A stretch of DNA of 61,010 nucleotides, counting the filler, from Deltaproteobacteria bacterium (GTDB lineage: Bacteria > CG2-30-53-67): NCBI GenBank assembly GCA_013151235.1. It is 4 parts of 4 records of this genome, joined end to end, with 100 filler letters (N's around TTAATTAATTAA, not from the genome) between each part and the next. Parts side by side here need not be neighbours in the genome. Positions count along the whole stretch, not along the records: positions 12,582 to 35,541 come from JAADIO010000049.1; positions 35,642 to 49,162 come from JAADIO010000013.1; 2 more parts are not named here. One strand, written 5' to 3'. The translations under genes were made by a program, and so were the position numbers. The notes under the pieces were generated by a model. The model did not search any database. It was not told where the DNA came from and saw nothing but the letters and a program-made list of their open reading frames with translations. This document shows, piece by piece, positions 30,666 through 40,669 of this stretch (its first letter is position 1; each line of letters opens with the position of its first letter).

Positions 30666-31666
30666 AAAAGATACGTGTTCCCGTCTGCAAAAGTGAAGCG
30701 TGCAACGATCTTCCCTATCCGGCCTACATGACCGCCCAGGCCGCGGGAATGGACTTGTACGCATCGGTGGAGCAGGAGGAGATTCTCCCGCCCGGGGGGC
30801 GTGTAAGGATTCCCACGGGGATCTTCATTGCACTGCCTTCCGGTGTGGAGGCCCAGATCCGCGCACGAAGCGGGTTGGCCTTTAAACACGGGATCGGTCT
30901 CGTCAATGGTCCCGGAACGATCGATGCCGACTATCGGGGGGAGATCGGGGTCCTGTTGGTTAATCACGGTTCCGACCCCTTTCCGATTCACCGGGGCGAC
31001 CGGATTGCACAGATGGTCATTGCTCCCGTACTCCAGGCTGAATGGGAGGCCGTGAAAACACTGCCCGAATCGGAGCGCTCCGACGGCGGGTTCGGACATA
31101 CGGGGCATGCTGCCGAATCCCCCATGCGGATCCCCATCAAAAAGGAAGAGATTGAAGAGAAGGCAAAAAAAATCGGATGGATCTTTCTCGATGTAGACGG
31201 CGTGCTCACCGATGGCCGGATTACCTATGACAGCCGGGGAGATGAACTCAAGACCTTTTACGCCCGGGACGGTCACGGGATCAAACTGGCGCAACGCGTC
31301 GGGATCCGTTTTGCCCTGATCACCGGCCGGGAATCCCGGATCGTCAATCGTCGTGCGGCCGAGCTGGGGATCCGGGAGGTCCACCAGGGATCACTCCGGA
31401 AGCTTGACGCTTATCATGAGATCACCGGGCGTCTCAAACTCTCCGATGAAGAAATTTCCTATGTCGGTGACGACCTGATCGACCTTCCGGTCATGCGGCG
31501 GGTTGGTCTTTCCGCCGCTGTCGCCGATGCAGACCCGGAAACCCGTGACCAGGCGGACCTCATTCTTACCCAACCCGGCGGCCGGGGCGCCGTCAGGGAA
31601 TTCATCGAACTCATCCTCAAGGCCCGGAACAAGTGGGTCGAAGCGACGAAACGCTATTATCCCTGA
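30662..31666 (+). CDS. dut: Fused dUTP diphosphatase / KDO-8-phosphate phosphatase (KdsC-like HAD)
   Basis: N-terminal [32 protein letters not shown]-terminal [32 protein letters not shown]. Confidence 0.88.
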   Translation: MKKIRVPVCKSEACNDLPYPAYMTAQAAGMDLYASVEQEEILPPGGRVRIPTGIFIALPSGVEAQIRARSGLAFKHGIGLVNGPGTIDADYRGEIGVLLVNHGSDPFPIHRGDRIAQMVIAPVLQAEWEAVKTLPESERSDGGFGHTGHAAESPMRIPIKKEEIEEKAKKIGWIFLDVDGVLTDGRITYDSRGDELKTFYARDGHGIKLAQRVGIRFALITGRESRIVNRRAAELGIREVHQGSLRKLDAYHEITGRLKLSDEEISYVGDDLIDLPVMRRVGLSAAVADADPETRDQADLILTQPGGRGAVREFIELILKARNKWVEATKRYYP

Positions 31667-31710
31667 GAAGAGTTCTTTCCCTCGTGTTTTTCTCCTTTGT
31701 TTACTCCTGA

Positions 31711-32127
31711 TCATCCTTTCGCGACGGTTTCGGCGATGAAGAGGGTCATAATCATATTGAACCCGAAGATGAAGATGGAGAGGACCTCAAGGAGCCCGGA
31801 GAGGATGAAAAGAGTATAAAGGGAATCTCCCGGACCGTTCTGTCCGGTGATTGCAATTCCGGCCAGACCGATGAGTCCCGCATTGGCAAGCCAGAATTGC
31901 AGCTCTCCTAAGCGATTGCTGAAAAGAGGTTTTCCCGAGAAGCGGGGGAGGATATGATAACCGACGCCATAGATAAGCATCGACATCCAGCCTAAAAGAT
32001 TCAGATGTACATGCGCGAACCGGAGATTTCCCGATCCCGGATGTACGATCATGAAGACTCCCAGTGCACTTGCAATCATCAGATAAATGATTCCCATCAG
32101 GATGAACCGTTTGACGAATCCTTCCAT
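31711..32127 (-). CDS. Small four-helix membrane protein resembling part of heme-copper oxidase subunit I
   Basis: Hydrophobic helices; AHVHLNLLGW, GVGYHILPRF; GGAGG ribosome-binding site; divergent from norC. Confidence 0.7.
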   Translation of the reverse strand: MEGFVKRFILMGIIYLMIASALGVFMIVHPGSGNLRFAHVHLNLLGWMSMLIYGVGYHILPRFSGKPLFSNRLGELQFWLANAGLIGLAGIAITGQNGPGDSLYTLFILSGLLEVLSIFIFGFNMIMTLFIAETVAKG

Positions 32128-32188
32128 TTTTTCTCCTCCTTATATGGTTTGTATCTCTTCCATCCTCGATTAATGAGCTTTCTTTTCT

Positions 32189-32258
32189 ATCTTATCCCGG
32201 CAAAACAGACCTCTCTGTGATACAAGTCACGGTTTGGTCCACTTGCCGATGTTATAGT
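32189..32258. promoter_or_regulatory. Bidirectional class II Crp/Fnr-family promoter (TGTGA-N6-TCACG site at 32216-32231)
   Basis: Site centre is -41.5 relative to both a + strand TGnTATAGT (32253-32258) and a - strand TAAGAT (32194-32189). Confidence 0.7.
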
Positions 32259-32395
32259 TGAATGGTAAACTCATACCGCAAAAACCATTTCTTTGCAATA
32301 CATTCCAGCGGATCATGCGGGAAAGGAGGTGAGACCGGCGGGAGAAACGAAATTTCCGGAGGCAATCGTTACTGGAGCTGATAAGGAGATGAAAG

Positions 32396-33136
32396 ATGAC
32401 AAAAAATAGTGCAAGGAACCTGTTCTTTATCGGGACCTTTGTCTGCATGGTGGCTTTTTTTGCCCTCTCGATTCATACCATGTCGACCATACCGAAATTT
32501 ACCCATTCGGATAAATTGACGGATGACGTTGTTGCGGGGAAGAAGGTTTGGGAAAAACATGACTGTATCGGCTGCCATACGCTGATCGGAGAGGGATCCT
32601 ATTATGCGCCGGAGCTGAAGGATGTTTACAGCCGCAAGGGGCCTGCCTTTATCCGTGCCTTCCTGAAGGATCCGGTGAAAACCTGGTATGGAAGCGCCGA
32701 GGCGGCGGTGGGGCAGCGCAAGATGCCGAATCTTCATCTGTCGGATCAGGAGATTAATCATCTGATCGCATTTTTTGCGTGGGTGGACAAGATCGATACG
32801 CACAACTGGCCGCCGAGGGCGAAGAAGGGATCGATACAGGCGGCAGGACCGGCAGCTATGGTCGCCGGGGCGACAGCACAGTCGGCGATGGACCCGCAGG
32901 TGCAAAAGGGGGAGGCCCTGGTGCAGGCGAAGGCCTGTACGGCCTGTCACAAGATCAAGGGGGCGGGCACTACGGTCGGTCCCGACCTGACCGGGGTGAC
33001 GAAACGGCTTGATATCGAAATCATCCGGAAGCGGCTCCACGATCCCCGTTCGGTGAAGCCTGATTCGATCATGCCCAACTTCGGTTTCTCCGATACCGAG
33101 GTCGAGGCGATCATTGCCTATCTCAAAACCCTATAG
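32396..33136 (+). CDS. norC: Nitric oxide reductase subunit C with an extra C-terminal cytochrome c domain (diheme)
   Basis: N-terminal TM helix, GKKVWE, CIGCHTL.GEG.YYAPEL, MP; second CTACH...GPDL...MPNF. Confidence 0.88.
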   Translation: MTKNSARNLFFIGTFVCMVAFFALSIHTMSTIPKFTHSDKLTDDVVAGKKVWEKHDCIGCHTLIGEGSYYAPELKDVYSRKGPAFIRAFLKDPVKTWYGSAEAAVGQRKMPNLHLSDQEINHLIAFFAWVDKIDTHNWPPRAKKGSIQAAGPAAMVAGATAQSAMDPQVQKGEALVQAKACTACHKIKGAGTTVGPDLTGVTKRLDIEIIRKRLHDPRSVKPDSIMPNFGFSDTEVEAIIAYLKTL

Positions 33137-33148
33137 GAGGAGACGAGA

Positions 33149-34480
33149 ATGAAATATCAAAGCCATAGTGTGGCCTACAACCATTTCGTGGTGGCCCTCC
33201 TGCTCTTTGCGCTTCAGGTGATCGCCGGACTTTTCATCGGGGTTCAGTATGTCTTCCCGGATTTTTTCTATCAGGTAATCGATTTCAATGTCATGCGGAC
33301 GATTCATATTAATCTGCTTATCGTCTGGATCCTGATCGGTTTCATGGGGGCATCGTACTATCTTGTTGTGGAAGAGTCGGAGACCGAGGTCTGGAGCCCG
33401 GCCCTGGCGAACATCCATCTTGCGGCTTTTGTCATCGGCGGTGTGGCCGCCATCGTGGGATACCTCTTCGGCTGGACCGACGGTCGGGAGTTTCTGGAAC
33501 AGCCCTTTATTATCAAGTTGGCGATCACCGCTGTGGTTCTGGCCTTTGTCCTGAATATCATCATGACGATCATCAAAGGGGGGCGATGGACTTCGATCCA
33601 GATTGTCCTTGTCATGGGACTTGTCGGCGCGGCCCTCTTCTTCCTGCCGGCCATGGGGAACGATGTGGGGCTCTTGAACAATCTTGCCGTCGACAAGTTC
33701 TTCTGGTGGTGGACGGTGCATCTCTGGGTGGAGGGGGTCTGGGAGCTGATTATGGGCGCCATGCTTTCCTTCCTGCTGTTGAAACTGACCGGGGTGGACC
33801 GGGAGGTCCTTGAAAAATGGCTCTATGTGATCGTAGGGCTTACCTTTTTCTCCGGAGTCCTCGGAACGGGACACCATTACTACTGGGAAGGATATCCTTC
33901 CTACTGGCTCTGGATCGGCGGGATCTTTTCCGCCACCGAACCTCTGGCTTTTCTCGGTATGACGATCTATGCCTTTACCATGATGGAGCGGGCGGGGCGG
34001 ACCCATCCGAACCGGGTGGCGATCTATATGACCCTGGGGTGTGCCATCTTCGCTTTCATCGGTGCCGGTGTCTGGGGGGAGATCCATACCATCCCGATGA
34101 TTAACCGGTATACCCATGGGACGCAGCTCACGGCCTCTCACGGGCATATTGCTTTCTTCGGCGCCTATGCCATGATCGTGATTGCGATGATGGCTTATGC
34201 CATCCCGGAGATGAAGGGGTACGAAAGTTTTAACAAACGGACGGGACTGACCGCCTTCTGGCTCATGGTCATCGGAATGTCGGATATGACCCTGGCCCTC
34301 TTCGGCGCCGGTGTGGTGCAGGCCTTTATGGAACGATACAATCATGTTCCTTACCTGGAGGTGCAGAACCAGATGTGGCTCTTTTATGCCGTCCGTCTGG
34401 CCGGAGGGGTCGTCTTCGCTATCGGCGTTGTCTACCTGATCAAAGCCTTCTTTGAGCCGGGCGAGAAGCGCACGGCGTAA
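33149..34480 (+). CDS. norB: Nitric oxide reductase subunit B (cNOR)
   Basis: GREFLEQP, VHLWVEG.WE, GTGHHYYW, NRYTHGT..TASHGH.AFFGAY. Confidence 0.95.
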   Translation: MKYQSHSVAYNHFVVALLLFALQVIAGLFIGVQYVFPDFFYQVIDFNVMRTIHINLLIVWILIGFMGASYYLVVEESETEVWSPALANIHLAAFVIGGVAAIVGYLFGWTDGREFLEQPFIIKLAITAVVLAFVLNIIMTIIKGGRWTSIQIVLVMGLVGAALFFLPAMGNDVGLLNNLAVDKFFWWWTVHLWVEGVWELIMGAMLSFLLLKLTGVDREVLEKWLYVIVGLTFFSGVLGTGHHYYWEGYPSYWLWIGGIFSATEPLAFLGMTIYAFTMMERAGRTHPNRVAIYMTLGCAIFAFIGAGVWGEIHTIPMINRYTHGTQLTASHGHIAFFGAYAMIVIAMMAYAIPEMKGYESFNKRTGLTAFWLMVIGMSDMTLALFGAGVVQAFMERYNHVPYLEVQNQMWLFYAVRLAGGVVFAIGVVYLIKAFFEPGEKRTA

Positions 34481-34588
34481 AACCTTCGTTGTCAGCGGTC
34501 GGCTTCCAGCCGTCACTCCAGGGGCGTTTGACGTCCTGACGGAGAGCCGGACGCCGACCGCCGGCAACATCCTGTAAGGATACAACCC

Positions 34589-35407
34589 GTGAATTCAGAG
34601 ATAAAAGAGATTCGGCAAGCGAACCCGGATGAAGAAGGTGTCCCTTACTACCTACCTTCCGGTGACGAGGAATCGGTTTTTAAAGCCGCCTGGCGAAAGA
34701 AACTTCCTCTCCTTCTCAAGGGGCCGACGGGGTGCGGGAAAACCCGGTTTGTCCGCTACATGGCACACCGTATGGGAAGGCCGCTGGTGACCGTTGCCTG
34801 CCATGACGATCTGACGGCGAGCGATCTGGTAGGGCGCTATCTCGTGAAGGGCGGCGAGACGGTCTGGATCGACGGTCCCCTGACCCATGCCGTGCGGACA
34901 GGCGCAATCTGTTATCTTGATGAGATCGTCGAGGCACGGCAGGATACGACCGTTGTGATCCATCCCCTGACCGACGACCGGCGGATCCTTCCGGTGGAAA
35001 AGACCGGTGAACTCTTGCAGGCCCCGGATGATTTCATGCTGGTGATCTCCTTTAACCCCGGTTACCAGAGCCTGCTGAAGGATCTGAAGCCGAGTACCAA
35101 GCAGCGTTTTGTCGCCCTCGAGTTCAACTTTCCGGAAACCGCCCGGGAGGAAGAGATTGTCGTCCACGAAGGGGGAGTTGATGAGAAAACGGCCCGTGCC
35201 CTGGTTCTTCTGGGAGGCAAGATCCGGAATCTCAAGGACAAGGGTTTGGACGAGACGGTTAGCACCCGCCTTCTTGTCTATGCGGCGCAGTTGATCGAGG
35301 ATGGAATTTTACCCCGCCGGGCCTGCGAGATCGCCATGCTGCAACCGATCACCGATGAGCCGGAGGTGAAGCGGGGTATCTACGAGCTGATCACGTCGGT
35401 GTTTTAA
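34589..35407 (+). CDS. norQ: CbbQ/NirQ/NorQ MoxR-type AAA+ ATPase
   Basis: [38 protein letters not shown]. Confidence 0.93.
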   Translation: MNSEIKEIRQANPDEEGVPYYLPSGDEESVFKAAWRKKLPLLLKGPTGCGKTRFVRYMAHRMGRPLVTVACHDDLTASDLVGRYLVKGGETVWIDGPLTHAVRTGAICYLDEIVEARQDTTVVIHPLTDDRRILPVEKTGELLQAPDDFMLVISFNPGYQSLLKDLKPSTKQRFVALEFNFPETAREEEIVVHEGGVDEKTARALVLLGGKIRNLKDKGLDETVSTRLLVYAAQLIEDGILPRRACEIAMLQPITDEPEVKRGIYELITSVF

Positions 35408-35541
35408 GACCAGGGGCAAAGGCACAGAGGCAAGGGCAAAGGCATGAACCACGGGGGACACGGGGGACACGGGGAGTGACGGGGAAGGCAAGAAAATTAA
35501 AGTACGGGTTTTTCCTATGCTCCCCCGTAGGGGGAGAGTAA

Positions 35542-35641
35542 NNNNNNNNNNNNNNNNNNNNNNNNNNNNNNNNNNNNNNNNNNNNTTAATTAATTAANNN
35601 NNNNNNNNNNNNNNNNNNNNNNNNNNNNNNNNNNNNNNNNN
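35542..35641. other. Artificial contig linker
   Basis: N-run/TTAATTAATTAA/N-run. Confidence 0.99.
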
Positions 35642-35847
35642 ATGGTATAGAATTTCGCCCATTTGAAGAGAAAAGAGGACATGACCAGAATGGTCAGCCC
35701 CAGGAGCATCTGCAGCGCCCGGGTCCCCTTGAAGAGCTGAAACGACTTATAGAGGACATAGGCCACAATGAAGATATCGACGGCATCCTGCCAGCGGAAG
35801 GTATGGAGAAACCATCGAACCAGGTTTGCAATTTCCATCCACATCAT
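35642..35847 (-). CDS. cdaA: Diadenylate cyclase CdaA/DacA, N-terminal fragment (3' truncated)
   Basis: DAVDIFIVAYVLY...KGTRALQMLLG; ftsH-folP-cdaA synteny. Confidence 0.8.
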
Positions 35848-35956
35848 CCGACCTGCTTTCTTCGTGGTCTTGTTCGCAAAATCCGCAACGTACCGGGAGG
35901 GTCGACCAACCCGTCTCTGCACGCAGACCCGCCCCCGGCTCTACGGCCCGGGATAT

Positions 35957-37165
35957 TCAGTTCCGCTGCATCACGGCATCGGCCATTCGAACGGCCCGTG
36001 CGGTTTCCCGAACATCATGCACCCGCACCAGATTCGCACCGTTCAATACCCCCAAAACCGCCGTCGCAAGACTCCCTTCCATCCGTTCGGCCACGGGAAG
36101 GTCAAGGATGGCACCGATCATGGATTTTCGGGAGGTCCCGAGGAGGAGGGGACGGCCCAGCACTTTGAACTCGGAGAGATGTTTCAACAGATCGAGATTA
36201 TCCTGAAGACGTTTTCCAAAACCGATCCCGGGGTCCAGGATCATCTGTTCATCCCGCATTCCCGCGGCCCGGCCGATCTCCATGCTACCCTCCAGGTAGG
36301 CCAGAACCTCCCCCACAACATCTTCATAAGAAGGATCCTGCTGCATATCCTTCGGCGTCCCCAGGATATGCATCAAAACCACGGGCACATCCCGTTCGGC
36401 AACCAGAGAGGCCATCTCCGGATCGAACCGCAAACCGGAGATATCGTTAATCATGTGTGCCCCGGCATCAAGAGCCGCCCGGGCAACAGAAGCCTTGCAG
36501 GTATCAACGGAGATCCGAAGCCCCGCCTCCCGGACGAGACGTTCCACCACCGGCAGAACCCGTTTAAGTTCTTCCTCCTCCGGAACCCGCGCCGATCCCG
36601 GCCGGGTCGATTCCCCGCCGACGTCAATGAAATCCGCTCCCTCTTCCGCCATCCGTATCGCCTGTATGACAGCAGCATCCACGCTGTCGTATGCGCCGCC
36701 GTCGAAGAAGGAATCGGGCGTCACATTGAGGACCCCCATGATGTAGGTTCGTTCTCCCAGATCAATAAGCTCGGAGCCGAACCGGCAGGGAAAGCGGTTC
36801 TGGTTGAAGGAGCGAATGCACAAGGCCAGATCATCGGCAAGAGCGGGCAAACCGAAGAAGTTCTGCCGCTTCAGTTTACGGACCAGCCCCCGGTAGTGCC
36901 GCTCTGTCGCCACCATCAGAACGTCCGTCGTCTCCACGGAATGGGTCAGAGTCCCATGAGCAACGGCACAATCGCCCCCCCGGGAGAGCAGCTCCTGTTT
37001 GAGAAGGTTGGCAACAGGGCAGGGAACATCCGAAAGACGGATCATGCGCGTCAATCCCTTGGGAAACATCAGACCGATCCCCGGCGGATCTGCGCCAAGA
37101 CGCCTCATTTCATGAATGATCTCCTCCCGTGTGTTAAGCTGCAGGATTCGCATCCCGTACTTCAT
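35957..37165 (-). CDS. folP: Dihydropteroate synthase with N-terminal extension
   Basis: [43 protein letters not shown]. Confidence 0.96.
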   Translation of the reverse strand: MKYGMRILQLNTREEIIHEMRRLGADPPGIGLMFPKGLTRMIRLSDVPCPVANLLKQELLSRGGDCAVAHGTLTHSVETTDVLMVATERHYRGLVRKLKRQNFFGLPALADDLALCIRSFNQNRFPCRFGSELIDLGERTYIMGVLNVTPDSFFDGGAYDSVDAAVIQAIRMAEEGADFIDVGGESTRPGSARVPEEEELKRVLPVVERLVREAGLRISVDTCKASVARAALDAGAHMINDISGLRFDPEMASLVAERDVPVVLMHILGTPKDMQQDPSYEDVVGEVLAYLEGSMEIGRAAGMRDEQMILDPGIGFGKRLQDNLDLLKHLSEFKVLGRPLLLGTSRKSMIGAILDLPVAERMEGSLATAVLGVLNGANLVRVHDVRETARAVRMADAVMQRN

Positions 37166-38973
37166 TCACCAACCTCTTGGGGGAGCTTTCCATTAATGAG
37201 TTCATCGATCTGTTCCGCGCTGAGAACCTCGACCTCCAGCAGGTTTTCGGAGATCCGCTTCAAAGTCTCCAGGTTTTCTTTAAGAAGAGTTCGGGCTTTC
37301 CCGTAGCACTGCGTGACAATCTGTTTCACCTCGGTATCGATTTCCATTGCCGTCGCCTCGCTGTAATCCCGATGCTGGGAAATCTCCCGTCCGAGAAAGA
37401 TCTGCTCATCTTTCTTCCCGAAAGAGAGCGGCCCCAACTGGTCACTCATCCCCCACTCACAGACCATTTTCCTTGCGAGCGAAGTCGCCTGCTCAATGTC
37501 ATTGCCTGCCCCCGTCGTCATCTGGCTGAAGATCAATTCCTCCGCCGCCCTCCCGCCCATCAGAACGGCGATTCTGCCGAGCATGAATTCTTTCGAAAAG
37601 GTGTACTTGTCCGATTCGGGAAGTTGCTGCGTAACCCCGAGGGCACGACCCCGGGGGATGATGGTCACCTTGTGAACCGGATCTGTCCCCGGAATCATTT
37701 TCGCAACGAGAACATGACCGGCCTCGTGGTAAGCGGTATTCCGTTTTTCCTCATCACTCATGATCATGCTTTTCCGTTCCGCCCCCATGAGAACCTTGTC
37801 CTTGGCCTCTTCCAGGTCGGTCATTTCCACCTCATCCTTGTTCCTGCGTGCGGCAAGCAGCGCCGCCTCATTCACGAGATTGGCAAGATCGGCGCCGGAG
37901 AAACCGGGCGTGCCCCGGGCCAGAACATGAAGATCGACTTCCGCTGCGACGGGGATCTTTCGGGTATGCACTTTGAGTATCCCTTCCCTCCCCTTGATAT
38001 CGGGGTTCGGCACAACCACCTGCCGATCGAAACGGCCGGGCCGCAGGAGGGCCGGGTCGAGAACATCCGGCCGGTTTGTTGCAGCAATCAGGATCACACT
38101 CTCATGGGATTCGAAACCGTCCATCTCGACCAAGAGCTGATTCAAGGTCTGTTCCCGCTCGTCATGCCCGCCGCCGAGGCCGGCGCCACGGTGACGACCG
38201 ACGGCATCAATTTCATCAATAAAGATGATGCAGGGGGCATGCTTCTTCCCCTGATTGAACAGGTCGCGTACCCTGGACGCCCCCACACCGACGAACATCT
38301 CGACAAAATCGGAACCACTGATGGTAAAAAACGGAACGTCCGCCTCTCCGGCGATGGCCCGGGCCAGCAGGGTCTTGCCTGTGCCGGGAGGTCCCATCAG
38401 GAGGACCCCCTTCGGGATTTTCCCGCCCAATCTCTGAAATTTCTTGGGATCCTTGAGATACTCGATGATCTCCTGCAGTTCATCTTTGGCCTCATCGATC
38501 CCGGATACATCTTTGAAAGTCACCTTCTGCTGATCTTCATTGAGCAGTTTCGCGCGGCTCTTCCCGAAAGAAAGTGCCTTGTTCCCTCCCCCCTGCATCT
38601 GCCGCATGAAGAAGACCCAGACGCCGATGAGGAGCAGAAAGGGAAACCAGGAAACCAGGATCGTTACAAAAAGTGATTCCTTCTTCGGCGGTTTGGCAAC
38701 AATTTTGACCTCCTTTTTTCGCAGGTCATTCACCAGCTCGGGATAATTCGGTGAATAGACCTTGAAGGTCTTGCCTTCATTAGTCTTCCCGTGAATCATC
38801 CCTCCATCTTCGATCACGACCTCACTGACGTCTCCCGCATCGACCTTATTCATGAACTCGGTAAAAGAAACTTCACGGACCATTTCCTTCTGGTAACTAA
38901 AAAGATTGAAGAGCAGGACCATCACCATTCCGATGACGAGCCAGAGGGTCAAGCTTTTGTAAAATGAATTCAC
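37162..38973 (-). CDS. ftsH: ATP-dependent zinc metalloprotease FtsH
   Basis: Two TM helices, [29 protein letters not shown] start with GGAGG. Confidence 0.98.
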   Translation of the reverse strand: MNSFYKSLTLWLVIGMVMVLLFNLFSYQKEMVREVSFTEFMNKVDAGDVSEVVIEDGGMIHGKTNEGKTFKVYSPNYPELVNDLRKKEVKIVAKPPKKESLFVTILVSWFPFLLLIGVWVFFMRQMQGGGNKALSFGKSRAKLLNEDQQKVTFKDVSGIDEAKDELQEIIEYLKDPKKFQRLGGKIPKGVLLMGPPGTGKTLLARAIAGEADVPFFTISGSDFVEMFVGVGASRVRDLFNQGKKHAPCIIFIDEIDAVGRHRGAGLGGGHDEREQTLNQLLVEMDGFESHESVILIAATNRPDVLDPALLRPGRFDRQVVVPNPDIKGREGILKVHTRKIPVAAEVDLHVLARGTPGFSGADLANLVNEAALLAARRNKDEVEMTDLEEAKDKVLMGAERKSMIMSDEEKRNTAYHEAGHVLVAKMIPGTDPVHKVTIIPRGRALGVTQQLPESDKYTFSKEFMLGRIAVLMGGRAAEELIFSQMTTGAGNDIEQATSLARKMVCEWGMSDQLGPLSFGKKDEQIFLGREISQHRDYSEATAMEIDTEVKQIVTQCYGKARTLLKENLETLKRISENLLEVEVLSAEQIDELINGKLPQEVGE

Positions 38974-39142
38974 GAAAGACCTCCGGTACAAAGGAGAAGC
39001 CCCATAACACAAAAGGTGGCTTCATCTTCTATCTTATTGAAATTAATTAATATTTCACGTTATTGATTTTCAGATCCTATCACAAACTCCCTCATGTGAC
39101 AACAGAAAAAGGGCTGAAATTTATAGTGATAAGGAGTCATCA

Positions 39143-40537
39143 CTAAAAATGGTGTATCGATAAACAGAGGATCCGGGCTGTCTCTTCCCCGACGGCAAAA
39201 CGGACATCGGTGCGCAGCCCGCCGATCCAGAGGATCTCATCCCGCCCGTTGACCAGGAGGGGGAGACGATTCCGCCGGGAGCAGGGGATCTTTTCATCGA
39301 TGAGAAACCGTTTCACCTTCTTCGTCCTTCCAAAACCGGAAGGACGGAAGCGGTCTCCAGGCCGTCGGGTTCTGACCCTCAGCGGCAACACGCATTTATC
39401 GTAATCAAAACAGGCGGTCATAGAAGATGAGGAGAAGGGAACCTTTGAATCAGCGGCCAGGATCTCCGAGCGCACCTCAATACCGAGAGCCGGAATCCGC
39501 CCGGTCCCCGGAATCGGAATTTCATACATCCCCGGCGATACCTCCGCCCGCACCGCCCGCAGAAATTCCAGTCGATCGTAAACCTTGCGTACCTGCATTC
39601 CGCAGGGCAGATCAATGCGGGCCGATGACCCCCCGGCCTTCATCAAACGGATCACGGCCTCCACCTGCTCGAAGCTCCCTCCCTGCAGGGCATCATCCAG
39701 CTCGCAAAGTGCCTGCCGGATCACCCGCCGCAATAATGCCGGCGGCAGGGAGCTGAGCGGATCGCAGAGCAGTGCGATCCCCCCATCGAGGGGAATGGGA
39801 TGAAACTGATCCGCCGCCAACTCCGAAAGCAAGGTCTCCTCATCCCGAAGAATTTCGGCGGTCCGGCAAAGATCTTCGACAAGATTGGGATTGTACTCTT
39901 TCTTCAAAACCGGCAGAAGTTCCCGGCGAATCCGGTTTCGAAGATAGATCGTCTTTTCGTTGGATCGATCCTCCCGCCAGGCAATTCCCTCCCCCATCAG
40001 AAAATCCTGAATCTCACGGCGGGTCACCTGCAGGAACGGACGAATAATTCCGGGAGAACGTTGAAGGGGAATTCCGGCGAGGCCGCGGGTACCCGAACCC
40101 CGGAACAGGCGCATGAGAAGGGTTTCCGCCTGATCATCCGCGTGATGCCCTAAGGCGACCCGGTCCGCATAAAACCGCTCGACGGTACGACGGAGGAAAT
40201 CGTATCGTACCCTCCGGGCCGTTTCCTGGGCCGACCCCTTCTTCTCCGTTACCAGGGCCGGGACATCGACAAATTCGGAAACGAGCGACAACCCGCGACG
40301 CGCCGCTTCGGCCTCGCAGAAGTCCCGGTCTCCCTCCGCCTCGCCCCCCCGGAAACCATGGTTAAGGTGCGCCGGGATCAAGGTCAGGTCATAACATTCC
40401 CGCAGACGGTACAGGACCTCGAAAAGCGCCATGGAATCGGGACCTCCCGAAAGAGCGATGACCACGGTATCGCCTCTGGACAGGAGTCCATGCTGCTCGA
40501 TCGTTCTTTTAATTTTGGAGATAAATTTCGTCGGCAT
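39143..40537 (-). CDS. tilS: tRNA(Ile)-lysidine synthase
   Basis: SGGPDS, ARRVRY, GHHADDQAET, RNRIR. Confidence 0.95.
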   Translation of the reverse strand: MPTKFISKIKRTIEQHGLLSRGDTVVIALSGGPDSMALFEVLYRLRECYDLTLIPAHLNHGFRGGEAEGDRDFCEAEAARRGLSLVSEFVDVPALVTEKKGSAQETARRVRYDFLRRTVERFYADRVALGHHADDQAETLLMRLFRGSGTRGLAGIPLQRSPGIIRPFLQVTRREIQDFLMGEGIAWREDRSNEKTIYLRNRIRRELLPVLKKEYNPNLVEDLCRTAEILRDEETLLSELAADQFHPIPLDGGIALLCDPLSSLPPALLRRVIRQALCELDDALQGGSFEQVEAVIRLMKAGGSSARIDLPCGMQVRKVYDRLEFLRAVRAEVSPGMYEIPIPGTGRIPALGIEVRSEILAADSKVPFSSSSMTACFDYDKCVLPLRVRTRRPGDRFRPSGFGRTKKVKRFLIDEKIPCSRRNRLPLLVNGRDEILWIGGLRTDVRFAVGEETARILCLSIHHF

Positions 40538-40669
40538 GATTCTTTGTTGGTTTCCAGAGCCATCCTCTCGCCAAACTCGCAAAGAACGCAAAGAAAAAAG
40601 AAGCAGTTCATTTTGATCTTAAACTTTGTGCTTTTGACCCTTTGTCCCTTGTCTTGTCCTTCGGTCAAA

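Noticed and set aside
35408-35541. Absence of norD after norQ
   Set aside because: The contig ends 134 bp after norQ, so absence cannot be judged.
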